DNA from: Eledone cirrhosa
Taxonomy: Eukaryota
Length of the DNA: 64,000 bases
Direction: 5' to 3'
Assembly (NCBI GenBank): GCA_964016885.1
Contig: OZ024743.1
Coordinates: 360,406,001 to 360,470,000 of the forward strand
Part shown: positions 62,624 to 64,000 of the stretch, piece after piece
Layout: each line of letters begins with the position of its first letter
Position numbering within the stretch: the first letter of the stretch is position 1
Program-made: the position numbers and the translations under genes
The notes under the pieces: generated by a model
What the model was told of the DNA's origin: nothing
Seen by the model: the letters and a program-made list of their open reading frames with translations, nothing else
Databases searched by the model: none

Positions 62624-63316
62624 ATATAAATGAAAATATAGAAATTATTGTGAGCAAGAGGCCAACAGTATTTCATAATTTATAAGTGACTATAACGTCA
62701 AAATGGAAAATAATTAACGTAAGATATGGGAAAATAATTCAAACTCAATTTTTAAAAAATCAAGACAGATTTTATCCACAGATTTTGTGAAATCTAGGGA
62801 AAAAACCAACAGAATAAAATAAAGCTTAAATACTCATCCTTCAATTTGGAAAAACTACAAATGCTCTATATAGTCTTAAAAAGACTATTTCACGGTTGGA
62901 ATCGTTCCTCAGTAGAGCTCAAAGTCGATAACCCATATACTGCCAAAATATGCCAAAAAGGGAATTTAAAAGCAGGCTAGTTCACCTCGTGCGGAATTAT
63001 AAAAATAAACACACATGGAGAGACATGGCTGGTGACGTCAGAATGAGACGAATATCTATTTACAAGTAACAGCAGTCAAAAACATTCCGAAACATCTCTA
63101 CAAAATGTAAGGAGTTCAGCAAAATAGCAATATTATCGCGGTTTTTAAAAAGAAAAGACCGGGATTAGTCACAAATAATTTTAAGCACTCTAGGAAAAAT
63201 TTCGAGTATAAATATAAATGAAAATATAGAAATTATTGTGAGCAAGAAGCAAACAGTATTTCATAATATATAAGTGACTATAACGTCAACATGGAAAATA
63301 ATTAACGTAAGATATA
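62624..63316 (-). mobile_element. Non-coding hammerhead-bearing element, 588-bp unit with ~105-bp terminal direct repeat
   Basis: TGAAAATATAGAAATTATTGTGAGCAAGA at 62631 and 63219; short (TA)n on both sides. Confidence 0.85.
62863..62918 (-). ncRNA. Type I hammerhead ribozyme (full stem III)
   Basis: GCTCTA-CTGAGGA-ACG attccaac CGT-GAAA-TAGTC tttttaa GACTA-TA-TAGAGC; all three stems are Watson-Crick paired; AUA site. Confidence 0.88.
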
Positions 63317-63654
63317 TATATATATATAGGAAAACAGGGAGAAAGAGACGATTATTAAGAAGAAAAATATATTTTTTTCCTTTTTTATTTCTTTCTCTCT
63401 TTTTTCTGGGTTAGAAAATGATGAAAACGAAATGTTTTACTTTGTGTGAAGTGTTAAGGTATTAGTTGATTTATTTGTTATTTAACAATGGCATTTATTC
63501 ATTTATTTATATATGTAATAATTGTCTATTACCGGTTTCAGCATTTTTATGCATTATCAAATGATAGTGATATGTATTAGTGTGGTGTCACACATGTTAA
63601 AGAGAAGGTGCAGAAAGAATAATGTTATTTACAAACAAGGTTTATGAAGTGAAA

Positions 63655-63799
63655 AGAAAAAAGAAAAAAGAAAAATGAAAAAAGAAAAGATGAAAAAAGA
63701 AAAAAAGAAAAAAGAAAAAAGAAAAAAGAAAAAAAGAAAAAAGAAAAAAGAAAAAAGAAAAAAGAAAAAAGAAAAAAGAAAAAAGAAAAAAGAAAAAAG
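63655..63799. repeat. (GAAAAAA)n heptamer repeat
   Basis: Direct reading of the sequence. Confidence 0.9.
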
Positions 63800-64000
63800 G
63801 TAAAAAAAAGGGCGTAATGCAGAGCGTAAAAGTCAATGTGAAAGAAAAAATAATGTTATTTACAGGCATAGTTCATGAAGTTAAGCAGATCAAAATGTGT
63901 TAATATAGCAAGAGTGCTTAGTTGATCCATGGAGGCAAATGGTGGACTGATTTCCCTTTTGATATGATTTCCCTTTTTAGAGAGTTAATATGCAGGGGAA

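Overview
Eukaryotic, AT-rich, microsatellite-dense DNA with no host exon I can support. The SINE and microsatellite content looks like a cephalopod (octopus-like) genome, which is an inference only. The window is largely nested retroelements. 1-24 kb holds decayed RLE-type, RTE and Tx1/L1 LINE pieces, a Penelope GIY-YIG remnant and many copies of one tRNA-derived SINE. 25-40 kb is an (ATT/TAA)n-centred stack: two head-to-tail R4/Dong-like RLE LINEs (one with an intact 1130-aa ORF) back-to-back with a full-length but disrupted Tx1-like LINE. 42.8-63.3 kb is a (TA)n-centred cluster with one coding Penelope-like element (RT + GIY-YIG, inverted pseudo-LTRs) and at least seven apparently distinct non-coding families carrying type I hammerhead ribozyme folds. 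These occur as tandem or terminally redundant units of 469, 507 and 588 bp, or as fold-back palindromes up to about 4 kb. This retrozyme-like, Penelope-associated cluster is the most notable signal. All ribozyme folds and alignments were done by eye; activity is untested.
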